Shown here one piece after another: positions 51,832 to 60,468 of a DNA stretch of 64,000 bases. The notes beneath the pieces are model-generated. The model ran no database searches and was not told the DNA's origin. It saw only the letters and a list, made by a program, of their open reading frames with translations. Source of the DNA: a virus. Every line of letters begins with the position of its first letter. Within the stretch, counting starts at the first letter, position 1. The position numbers and the translations under genes were made by a program. The stretch lies in the IMG/VR virus record IMGVR_UViG_3300050014_000619; one strand, given 5' to 3'.

Positions 51832-53100
51832 ATGGAAAACAACAATGGAATGGCAAACCCACAAGGTGGTGATTTGTCAGATTTGAAAAAAATGTTCAAT
51901 GATTATCAGAACAAACAAAAGCAAACAAAACGCAAAACATCAGAGGAAATCTTAGCGAAGTATTTCGTTCCTCGTAAAAACAAAGAGATTTTCAGAATCC
52001 TCCCTCCTAAAGCTGGCAAAAAACACATCGAAGAAGCATTCTTCCATGTTATTCCTACCGTTGGTAGTGGTGGCAAGAAGAAACACGGAACTGTAGTTTA
52101 TTGTCCTGCTCACAATGACCCAAAGGTTAAGAAACTTGACAAGAACGGTAATCCTGTACTTGACAGCAATGGCGCACCAATAATGATTCCTGCACCATGT
52201 CCTTTATGCGAAAAAGCAAAAAGAATGCTTGCAAAACAGAATCCTGCATTAAAAGGTAGGAAAAAAGAAACCCTCAACGCAGACGAATTGGTTATCTACG
52301 AAGATAACAGAAAAATCTTTACCGAAGCTAACAAGTGGGATGCAAAGAAATTTTATATCGTTCGTGGTATTGACAAAGGCGCAGAAAAAGACGGTGTTAA
52401 ATTCTGGAGATTCAAACACAATTTCAAAAATCAAGGTACTCTTGATAAACTCCTTCCTATTCTTCAGGAATACATGGACATTAATCAGGCAGACTTTGCA
52501 GATGCAAAAAATGGTACTGATTTGAGCATCACAATGGCAGATAGCGAATTCAACGGTCACGTTTACAAGCAAATTTCTGCTATTAGCTTCCGTGGTAAAT
52601 CATTATTAAGCACCGATGCTGTTGTTATGCAACAGTGGCTTGAGGATGAAATTAACTGGAGAGAAGTATTTCAACCAAAGAAAGCACCGAACACCACACC
52701 TTATGAGTGGCTTCAAATGGCAGCATTGGAACAGAATCCTTATTGGGATGACAGTGATGCAAGTAACAAGCATTGGGTATTCCCGGGTCGTCCAGACTTG
52801 GAAGAACAAGCTAACACCCGTAACCGTAATCTCGATGCAGATGAGGATGCAGAATTCGAACAAGCATCTGACCTTGTAGATGACGAATTTCCAAGGGTTA
52901 CGATCAGTAACATCACCGCAGACAAAGTTGGAGAATTCCACGATGATTCAGTGAATGTTGGTGAAACTGCATTAAAATCAGCACCAGCAAGTGCACCAGT
53001 ACAACAGCAGACAACTGCTCCAGTACAGCCACCTGTTCAGCAAAAAACTGTTCAGCCTGAAATAAAACCTGAAGATGATTATTCAGATTTACCTTTCTAA
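51832..53100 (+). CDS. single-stranded DNA-binding protein (gp32-like)
   Basis: FRILP, CP.H...CPLC zinc site, GTDL.I, acidic C-terminus ending DLPF. Confidence 0.8.
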   Translation: MENNNGMANPQGGDLSDLKKMFNDYQNKQKQTKRKTSEEILAKYFVPRKNKEIFRILPPKAGKKHIEEAFFHVIPTVGSGGKKKHGTVVYCPAHNDPKVKKLDKNGNPVLDSNGAPIMIPAPCPLCEKAKRMLAKQNPALKGRKKETLNADELVIYEDNRKIFTEANKWDAKKFYIVRGIDKGAEKDGVKFWRFKHNFKNQGTLDKLLPILQEYMDINQADFADAKNGTDLSITMADSEFNGHVYKQISAISFRGKSLLSTDAVVMQQWLEDEINWREVFQPKKAPNTTPYEWLQMAALEQNPYWDDSDASNKHWVFPGRPDLEEQANTRNRNLDADEDAEFEQASDLVDDEFPRVTISNITADKVGEFHDDSVNVGETALKSAPASAPVQQQTTAPVQPPVQQKTVQPEIKPEDDYSDLPF

Positions 53101-53112
53101 AAATTACTAAAA

Positions 53113-53142
53113 TAAAGGGGAAATGATGAGTTTCCCCTTTAT
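53113..53142 (+). terminator. intrinsic terminator
   Basis: aataaaggggaaa-tgatgag-tttcccctttatt. Confidence 0.75.
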
Positions 53143-53163
53143 TATCTATTAACAATTTTAAAC

Positions 53164-54312
53164 ATGGCAGCAAAAGCAGCAGTGGAAGAAGTACCTTCAA
53201 ATGATAAGGTGCGTAAACCCATACCCAAAAAAAACTTTTCACTTGATAATTTTAAAAAGAAAGTAGGAGCAGAAAAAGTTGCATCCAAACCACTTGTTTG
53301 GATTCCAATTGATGAAGCACTACAGGAAGCAACAGGCATGCCCGGTGTGCCTAAAGGATATGTTACACTTTTTCGTGGATATTCCAACACTGGTAAGTCC
53401 ACAGCATTAATGCGTGGAATTGTTAACGCACAGAAAATGGGATTGTTACCAATTATTATTGACACCGAAAACAACATTGATGAAGGTAATGAAAGACTTA
53501 CCCTTATGGGTTTTGATTGGAATGGTGATTATATTCTCGTTAAAAACAAATTTATTCTCGATAATTTCGGAAAATTGCAGGACAAAGACAGAAAAGAAGC
53601 AAGTATCGAAGACATGGCAAAAGCTGTATATTATTTCATAGGTCAGCAAGAAGCAGGTAACTTACCTTTTGATTTGTATTTTGCAATTGATTCAATCGGA
53701 ACACTCAACTGTATCAAGACAATCAACGCACTTGAAAAGAACGATAGCGACAACAACATGTGGAATGCAGGTGCATACGAAAAAGCATTTATGTCAATTC
53801 TGAACAATACGATTCCAAACAGTCGAAGAATGGATAGTCCTTACACAAATACAATTACTGCAGTACAGAAAATCTGGTATGACAGTATGAATAAAGTCGT
53901 AAAACACAAAGGTGGTGAAACTTGGTTCTTCGGAGCAAGACTTATCTACAACTTTGGTGGTATTATTACTCACGGAACTGAAAGATTAACTGCAACAAGC
54001 AAAGGCAGAGACGTTAACTTTGGTTTCAGAAACAAGGTCAATGTTGCTAAAAACCACGTTGATGGCGAAAAGGGTGGTATTTCACTGGAAGGTAAAATAG
54101 GTTCAACTCCACATGGATTCATATATGGTGATGATGCAAGTGTTGCGGAATACAAGAAAAAATACATATTATATTTCCGTAATGTTCTTGAAGATGACAG
54201 TCTTAATGCCGATGATATCGAAACAAAAGCAAGACCAATGGATGCAGAAGGTAATGTAATTCAAGGTGAAGACCTTATTGCAAGACTCAAAGACACAACA
54301 ACTGAAGAATAA
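53164..54312 (+). CDS. uvsX: RecA/UvsX-like recombinase
   Basis: Walker A GYSNTGKST, IDTE, IDSIG, KGG. Confidence 0.8.
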   Translation: MAAKAAVEEVPSNDKVRKPIPKKNFSLDNFKKKVGAEKVASKPLVWIPIDEALQEATGMPGVPKGYVTLFRGYSNTGKSTALMRGIVNAQKMGLLPIIIDTENNIDEGNERLTLMGFDWNGDYILVKNKFILDNFGKLQDKDRKEASIEDMAKAVYYFIGQQEAGNLPFDLYFAIDSIGTLNCIKTINALEKNDSDNNMWNAGAYEKAFMSILNNTIPNSRRMDSPYTNTITAVQKIWYDSMNKVVKHKGGETWFFGARLIYNFGGIITHGTERLTATSKGRDVNFGFRNKVNVAKNHVDGEKGGISLEGKIGSTPHGFIYGDDASVAEYKKKYILYFRNVLEDDSLNADDIETKARPMDAEGNVIQGEDLIARLKDTTTEE

Positions 54313-55364
54313 TGAAAACAAGAACGCTATTAGTCGATAGTTCATATCTTTTACAGCGATCTTATCATGGTGCTAAGAACGTACATACCGCCAGTTTTGG
54401 ACATATTGGCGGTTTGTACCAGTTCTTTACTACCCTTCGTATGTTAATTAAAGAGCATATGATAAATAAAGTCGTTCTTATTTGGGATGGCGAAAACGGT
54501 GGTCTGGAACGTTATTATATCGATAATGAATATAAGTCCAATCGTAAAAACAAAGAATGGCATAAAAAAATTGAAATGTCCGACAGAGATATTAAAAGAG
54601 AAGAAGAAAAAGATATGTCTGTACTTAAACAACGTATGAGAATTCAAGCATATGCTGAAGAATTGTATTTAAGACAAATTGAAGTTCAGACCATTGAAGC
54701 TGACGATATAATTGCAGCATATTGTCTGAAGTATAACAATAAAGAAGAAATTTACCTGTATTCAAATGACAGGGACTTTGCACAACTACTGGATTTAAAT
54801 CTTACAATAATATTTCCGAATATCAAACAACCAGTAACCAAATCAAATTATATGATGCATTTCAATCATCATTATTCAAACGCATTAATTTTGAAGATAA
54901 TATGCGGTGATAAAGTTGATATGGTTCAAGGCATTAAAGGAATGGGAGAAGACACCTTATTAGAACATTTTCCTGAAATGAAATATAAGCATCTTTCCGT
55001 AAGAGAAATTTGTGCAAAAGCAGATCAAATAAATAAGGACAGGGTAGTAAATAAAATGAAACCCCTAAAAGTTCTTGAAAATCTCCTACATGGTATTGAA
55101 CGTCTGAGAACCAATTTTCAATTGGTTAATTTACGTGAACCAATGATCAATGATGAAGTACGAAAAGCACTCGATGAAATTGATTCACCATTAACATCTG
55201 ATGATAGAGGCAGTAAAAACCTTATTCCAATGATGCGTGATGATGAATTTCTATCGGTTTATGGTAGTTCATTTGTGCAGTACGTAGAGCCGTTTTATAC
55301 TGTAATTCAATGTGAAAGAGACTTATACTTGAAGCATACAGGAAGTAGAAAGAATAATTTATAA
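54312..55364 (+). CDS. 5'-3' exonuclease / RNase H (FEN family)
   Basis: LLVD, WDG, EADD.IA, SNDRDF.QL, GD..D...GI.G.G. Confidence 0.9.
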   Translation: MKTRTLLVDSSYLLQRSYHGAKNVHTASFGHIGGLYQFFTTLRMLIKEHMINKVVLIWDGENGGLERYYIDNEYKSNRKNKEWHKKIEMSDRDIKREEEKDMSVLKQRMRIQAYAEELYLRQIEVQTIEADDIIAAYCLKYNNKEEIYLYSNDRDFAQLLDLNLTIIFPNIKQPVTKSNYMMHFNHHYSNALILKIICGDKVDMVQGIKGMGEDTLLEHFPEMKYKHLSVREICAKADQINKDRVVNKMKPLKVLENLLHGIERLRTNFQLVNLREPMINDEVRKALDEIDSPLTSDDRGSKNLIPMMRDDEFLSVYGSSFVQYVEPFYTVIQCERDLYLKHTGSRKNNL

Positions 55365-55432
55365 AAGTCTTTCAAGTGTGAAAGATTGTAAATATATTTG
55401 TGTAGTTATTAACAATTAAAAAAAATAAAAAA

Positions 55433-56065
55433 ATGAACGAAAAAGAGCATAGTAACATGTTTAGATTTTCACTCACACAGCAAGATACTTTGTTATGTGA
55501 AAAAGTGTTTGACGCAGATCAATTTAACCCTTTTACAAGGTATTCGATTGATATCAGAGACATTCTTCCACGAGCAATTACCAAGCTGCAGAAGACATTA
55601 TCAAGAAGGAACTATGAAACGGGTATTGGTGTTGGCAACGGTAAGGGATATGATCTTTATGGTCATTATCAGACAATGACAAATCTTTATCCCAAGGAAT
55701 ATCGTGAGGGTATGCTGTACAATCCACCGTCAGTTAGTCAGCAAGTAGAAGATTTTGTGACCAAAGAAACAAAAACAATCAGAGGCGTTGAATGCAAAAT
55801 CGGATTTTACATCAACGACAAACCAATCGTTGAAAGAACGTTTTATGTTGATGGCTTCAACTCAATAGCCAGATGGTCAAATGAACTGACCGATGTTGTC
55901 GTAGAAATCGCAGATACGATTTTCAAACAGATCAAGAGAAACGACATAAAGAATATGTGGGATGACTATGATTTAATCAACATCAAAGGTCTGTCAATTA
56001 CCCAGATCAGAGAACTTTCTCCTTCGAAGAGGGATGAAATGTTGAGACGGCTAAGAAGAAACTAA
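55433..56065 (+). CDS. hypothetical protein
   Basis: ORF with own TAnnTTTG promoter. Confidence 0.65.
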   Translation: MNEKEHSNMFRFSLTQQDTLLCEKVFDADQFNPFTRYSIDIRDILPRAITKLQKTLSRRNYETGIGVGNGKGYDLYGHYQTMTNLYPKEYREGMLYNPPSVSQQVEDFVTKETKTIRGVECKIGFYINDKPIVERTFYVDGFNSIARWSNELTDVVVEIADTIFKQIKRNDIKNMWDDYDLINIKGLSITQIRELSPSKRDEMLRRLRRN

Positions 56066-56077
56066 GCCAAAAAATCA

Positions 56078-56118
56078 CATGGGCAGTTACATAGATTCAA
56101 GTAACTGCCCTCCTTTTT
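56078..56118 (+). terminator. intrinsic terminator
   Basis: gggcagttac ... gtaactgccc followed by T-run. Confidence 0.75.
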
Positions 56119-56134
56119 AAATACACATATCTTA

Positions 56135-58282
56135 ATGAGCGAAAATACTGACAATACACTATCAGCGTATCTCGGTCCTGAATTTCAGCAACGTTTAATG
56201 TGGCAATTATTGGTTGAGCCAGAATTTGCAGAAAAAACGTTACCAACTTTAGCAATCGAATACTTTGATGACCCAAATCTTAAAAGACTTTACATTATAA
56301 TTCTTGAGTATTTTAAGGAATTTGAGAAAGTTCCTAATTTACAGAATCAGAGTATATTTCAAGCAATTGGCAAATATAAGACTCCCAATAACAATATGGA
56401 AGAAGAGTCTTTACTTGCTGTAATTAAGCGTATTGAACTTTGGAACGAAAGAATTATAAACAAACAGTTACTGTATGATGGCGATGTCGTACAGAAACAA
56501 ACCAATTTATTTATTAAGCAACAGGAATACCGTAAAATAGCTGAAGGTATTATTGTCAAATGTAAAAATGGTGAGATAAAAAGTAAGCATACTGTTGCTA
56601 AAATTGAAGAAGACTTCCAGAAAGTCGCACATATTGGTGATGATGAAGATTATGGTATTGATGTATTCGATAATATCGACTATGCGTTAAGAAAGGAATT
56701 TCGTCAACCAATTGCAACAGGTGTGCGTGTTATTGATGCGGTTACTGGTGGTGGTTTGGGTAAAGGTGAAATTGCAGTTATTTTAACTCCTTCAGGTGTT
56801 GGTAAAACAACGCTATTAACTAAGGTTGCTAATACAGCATACGATGAAGGTAAAAATGTTTGCCAGATAATATTTGAGGACACCAAGGAACAAATTCAAC
56901 GTAAGCATTTTACTATTTGGGCAAAATCAGCTTTAAGTAAGATGGACGAAGAGGTTGAAAATCTTAGAGTTAATAGAATTGCTCATGAAAAAGCAATTGA
57001 AATGAAGGCTAAAGGTGGCAATCTAATTATCAAGAAATTCAGTCAGGAAAACACCACAATGATGGATGTCCGTAAATGGATGATTAACTATCAGAAAAAA
57101 TATGGAATTAAGTTTGATATATTGATTCTTGACTACCTCGATTGTCTTGAATCACATAAGAAATCTCCTGATAGAAATGAAGCTGAACTTGTGATTATTA
57201 AATCATTTGAAGCACTCGCATCAGACTTCGATATACCCGCATGGACTGCAATACAAACAAACCGTAGTGGTTTCAATGCAGAATATGTTGAAGCATATCA
57301 AACTGGTGGTAGTATTAAGAGAATACAAAAAGCACATCTTTTCATGAGTGTTGCTAAAACAAAAGATCAACAAGAAGCAAGTCTGGCTAATATCAGAATT
57401 ATTAAAGCAAGATTTGCAAAAGACGGTCAGGCATTTGATGACTGTATATTTAACAACGACACAATGCAAATTATTATTGAAGACAAACGTTACCCACTGC
57501 AAACCAAAGGACTGAAGCATCATGATACTGAAGACGTAAATAATATTGATGAAACTGCAAGAAAATTACTGGATAAATCTTCTGAGTTAGGCATGCATGC
57601 TGCAATTATGCAACATACTGAAGGAAGCCTAATGAGTAGGCTTAATGACCCAAGTATTAATGATGAACCTATTGATATTGGACAATTTGTGCCAAAGAAA
57701 GATTTAATTAATAAATTTGAAGCCGATACCAAAGTACATGGAGTTGATGCTGAAGCTGAATTAACTAAACGACTGGAAGCCGAAATGCAAGAATCTTATA
57801 GCGATGTGTTGGAGATTGAACCTGATAAACCTATTGAGAATATTGGTGGATTGTTATTAGCAGATCAATTAGTGTCAATTACACCACAGCAAGAGCCAAA
57901 CCCTAATTACCCTATAACATATGTTTACGGTAAGCCTGAACCAGATATTATTGGTTGGACTGGAGAAAGTACGACTGTAGGCGAGAATATTCAAGAGGTA
58001 AAATTGGAAGATATACCCAAAGAAAAGCCAATAACTGTTGAAACTGTGTTACAAAAATACAACGAAGTGAATAAAAATAATAGGACATTTACGCCACCAC
58101 CAGAGGAAAAAATTGTTGATGTTGGTGCAAAATTACTGCACTTAGCAGCAAATCCTATAAGAAATATCAAGGAAGTTGAAAAAACTTTTGATGACCCCGA
58201 TAGTCCATCAATTGCGGGTAATCCGATCTTTGATGCAATAAATAAAGCGATGAAACATCAAAATATTGTAAAAAAAGAGTAG
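56135..58282 (+). CDS. DnaB/gp41-like replicative helicase
   Basis: GGLGKGE, PSGVGKT, FED, LDYLD, WTA.Q.NR, K.RF; long C-terminal extension. Confidence 0.9.
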   Translation: MSENTDNTLSAYLGPEFQQRLMWQLLVEPEFAEKTLPTLAIEYFDDPNLKRLYIIILEYFKEFEKVPNLQNQSIFQAIGKYKTPNNNMEEESLLAVIKRIELWNERIINKQLLYDGDVVQKQTNLFIKQQEYRKIAEGIIVKCKNGEIKSKHTVAKIEEDFQKVAHIGDDEDYGIDVFDNIDYALRKEFRQPIATGVRVIDAVTGGGLGKGEIAVILTPSGVGKTTLLTKVANTAYDEGKNVCQIIFEDTKEQIQRKHFTIWAKSALSKMDEEVENLRVNRIAHEKAIEMKAKGGNLIIKKFSQENTTMMDVRKWMINYQKKYGIKFDILILDYLDCLESHKKSPDRNEAELVIIKSFEALASDFDIPAWTAIQTNRSGFNAEYVEAYQTGGSIKRIQKAHLFMSVAKTKDQQEASLANIRIIKARFAKDGQAFDDCIFNNDTMQIIIEDKRYPLQTKGLKHHDTEDVNNIDETARKLLDKSSELGMHAAIMQHTEGSLMSRLNDPSINDEPIDIGQFVPKKDLINKFEADTKVHGVDAEAELTKRLEAEMQESYSDVLEIEPDKPIENIGGLLLADQLVSITPQQEPNPNYPITYVYGKPEPDIIGWTGESTTVGENIQEVKLEDIPKEKPITVETVLQKYNEVNKNNRTFTPPPEEKIVDVGAKLLHLAANPIRNIKEVEKTFDDPDSPSIAGNPIFDAINKAMKHQNIVKKE

Positions 58283-58376
58283 TTTCTTTTGACTTTTTGA
58301 AAATCGCATGTATTTATAAATCCGAACACGTTTGCTAAACAATTTTAATTTTTTTTAAAAATATTTTTAAAAACTC

Positions 58377-58407
58377 TTGCAGGTTAAAAAAAAGTGTAGT
58401 ATGTTTG
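58377..58407 (+). promoter_or_regulatory. Bacteroidota sigmaA-type promoter upstream of the RNA cluster
   Basis: TTGC ... TATGTTTG (TAnnTTTG at 58400-58407); a GTATTTAT motif is also at 58310. Confidence 0.7.
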
Positions 58408-58450
58408 CATCGTCTTAGGACAAATGTTCTTTCAAATGATTTAAAATACA

Positions 58451-58578
58451 AAAGGAAACTGTGTGTTATTACAGTAAAAACAAAATTAGCTCAGTGTAGA
58501 GCGTCCGATTCAAAATCAGAAGGTCGGGGTGTCGAAACCCCATCATTGTAAACAAAAATAACAAACGAATTATCCTTT
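58451..58578 (+). ncRNA. RNA module A: conserved stem module enclosing a degenerate tRNA
   Basis: P1 AAAGGA/TCCTTT, AACT, P2 GTGTGTTATT/AATAACAAAC, ACAGTA, GAATTA; inside are D arm (GCTCAGTGTAGAGC), anticodon arm (loop TTCAAAA) and T-like arm. Confidence 0.7.
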
Positions 58579-58651
58579 TAACAATATAAAAAGTTCTTTG
58601 AAAACTATGGTTCGATTTAAAAGTCCGCAGTATTTATAATAAATATGTATT

Positions 58652-59413
58652 ATGAATAATTGTTTGAATTGTGGAAAATTGGTAAAAAATAAATTTTGTA
58701 ATGTTTCTTGTCAAAATGAGTTTCAAAATACTCAAAAAAATGATAAAAAATATGGTAAGTTTGTTGATTATTCGGTTAAATGTATTTCATGTGCTAAAAT
58801 TTTTATTGTAAATGAACGTGAAAAACTACACCCACAAAAGAAAAAATATTATTGTTCACGAAGTTGTGCTAATAAAAGAAAGCATTCACAAGGAACTAAA
58901 GATAAAATTTCATTAAAATTAAAAACCAAAAAAAGATTAACTGTTAATTGTGAATATTGTGGAAACAGTTTCGAGCAGAAAAGAGAAACACAAAGATTTT
59001 GCGGAAATTCATGTTCGACTAAATTTAGAATGCCGTTAAGGGGTTATGAAAGAATTGGTGGTTTATGTTCAGTAAAGTCACAAAACAAAAGAGGTAAAAA
59101 TGAAATATTTTTTGCAAAACTATGTTGTGATAAATTTAAATCAGTTCTTTGTAATGAACAAATTTTTAATGGATGGGATGCAGACGTAATTATTGAAGAT
59201 TATAAAATTGCAGTATTATGGAATGGTGTTTGGCATTATAAAAAAATATCGAAAAATCATTCATTATTACAAACAGAGAATAGAGATAAATTAAAAATTA
59301 AAGAAATTGTTAATTGTGGATATGAACCATATGTTATAAAAGATTTAGGAAAATTTAATAAAACCTTTGTTATTAAGGAATTTGAAAATTTTAAGAAATA
59401 TTGCGGGGTGTGA
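58652..59413 (+). mobile_element. Vsr/EDxHD-like putative homing endonuclease with zinc-ribbon repeats
   Basis: C..C...F...FC(S/N)..C repeats; D...EDYKIAV.WNG.WH. Confidence 0.6.
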
Positions 59414-59483
59414 GAAGTGGTATCTCAGTGGGCTCATAACCCACCGCTTAACAGCCTCGAAGGTTCAAATCCTTCTCCCGCTA
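59402..59483 (+). tRNA. tRNA-Met(CAT), initiator-like, with extended variable arm
   Basis: TGCGGGG/TCCCGCT acceptor with 1:72 mismatch, GTGGG-CTCATAA-CCCAC, GAAGG-TTCAAAT-CCTTC; no encoded CCA. Confidence 0.88.
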
Positions 59484-59564
59484 CAATGAAATTGAAAGGT
59501 CACGGCATACACTCCGTTGAAAGCAAGTCACAGGAAGACTGCGCCAGTCGATTTCGAGAAATAA

Positions 59565-59643
59565 TGAAGAACTGGTGGTTTTTACAGTATCAATTTGACG
59601 GTAAATCAAACTAAAAACGAAAACAAGACCAACGAATTTCTTC
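59565..59643 (+). ncRNA. RNA module B (short form with one internal stem-loop)
   Basis: TGAAG/CTTCA, AACT, GGTGGTTTT/AAGACCAAC, ACAGTA, GAATTT. Confidence 0.65.
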
Positions 59644-59674
59644 AAAACTTTTAACGTTCTTTAAAATAAAATAC

Positions 59675-59796
59675 GGGAAGATAGTAAAAAGAAATACTAT
59701 CTCAATATTCTCTTCAATGAGAAAACTAATAGTGTTTTCAGTAAATACAAATTGTTTTGAAAACAAAAATTTGAGGCTCGAAACCTCATCTTCCCG
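59675..59796 (+). ncRNA. RNA module C: tRNA-like acceptor and T arm with permuted module inside
   Basis: GGGAAGA/TCTTCCC, TGAGG-CTCGAAA-CCTCA; internal AAATACTAT/ATAGTGTTT, TTCTC/GAGAA, AACT, CAGTA. Confidence 0.65.
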
Positions 59797-59853
59797 CTAA
59801 CTTATACGCAGACAAGCCTCTTGCGAAAGCAAAGTAACTGCGTGATTGAATAC

Positions 59854-60006
59854 GGGAAAACTGAAAGTGTTTACAGTAATATACGGAGGTTCGAATCCTT
59901 CTATCCCCACAAATTAATAAAAATTTGGGGATATAGACAAGTGGTAAAGTCAATAGTCAGTTAAACTATGAACAAAAAAAGCAACAAATACTTTTGAATT
60001 ATTCCC
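59854..60006 (+). ncRNA. RNA module D: module enclosing a circularly permuted tRNA (YrlA-like topology)
   Basis: GGGAA/TTCCC, AACT, GAAAGTGTTT/AAATACTTTT, ACAGTA, GAATTA; T arm and TATCCCCA precede GGGGATA, D arm and anticodon arm. Confidence 0.75.
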
Positions 60007-60222
60007 TAAATTTATAAAACGGCATGGGTCGTGTCAACGCTAATCGGACAATATTAAACCCAACCCGTTTAAAGTTTTTGGTTGTTGGTATCAGAGTTTT
60101 TAAATAAAAACGGGGCATACCACCTAACATTTGACGATCTGCTCTTATGGATAAGCGTAGTGACAAGGTTAAGAATGGTTTTTCATCGTAGAAGTACGGT
60201 GTTTTTTCAAAAAAAGAAATAA

Positions 60223-60310
60223 AGAAGAACTTGTTGTGAATACAGTAATTGAAATTTGCCCTCCATGTGAGAGGGGGCACAAACTACCAAATTACAACTA
60301 AACTTCTTCT
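60223..60310 (+). ncRNA. RNA module E (with internal GC-rich hairpin)
   Basis: AGAAG/CTTCT, AACT, GTTGTGAAT/ATTACAAC, ACAGTA. Confidence 0.6.
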
Positions 60311-60338
60311 CTTATTTGAGAAGAGTAGTTATTCTTTA

Positions 60339-60389
60339 AAAAATGGGTGGAGACTTGATGTAGAAATATATCACCTCACCCATTTTTAT
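60339..60389 (+). terminator. terminator-like hairpin closing the RNA cluster
   Basis: aaaaatgggtg ... cacccattttt. Confidence 0.65.
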
Positions 60390-60468
60390 TTTTTATTCTA
60401 AATTATTTTTGTTTTTTTATTCTAATTTATTTTTTATATTGATTTATTATTATATATTTGCACATTAA

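Noticed and set aside
59417-60280. ORFs 59417-59614 and 59999-60280
   Set aside because: They overlap the tRNA and structured RNA modules and have no protein-like features
58451-60310. AACT-N11-CAGTA read as an E. coli-type LexA box (CTG-N10-CAG)
   Set aside because: Two of five copies break the CTG half-site; distant compensatory pairing favours RNA; Bacteroidota LexA boxes differ. Not fully excluded
58451-60310. RNA modules as a CRISPR array
   Set aside because: Repeats are conserved in structure, not sequence, and spacing is irregular
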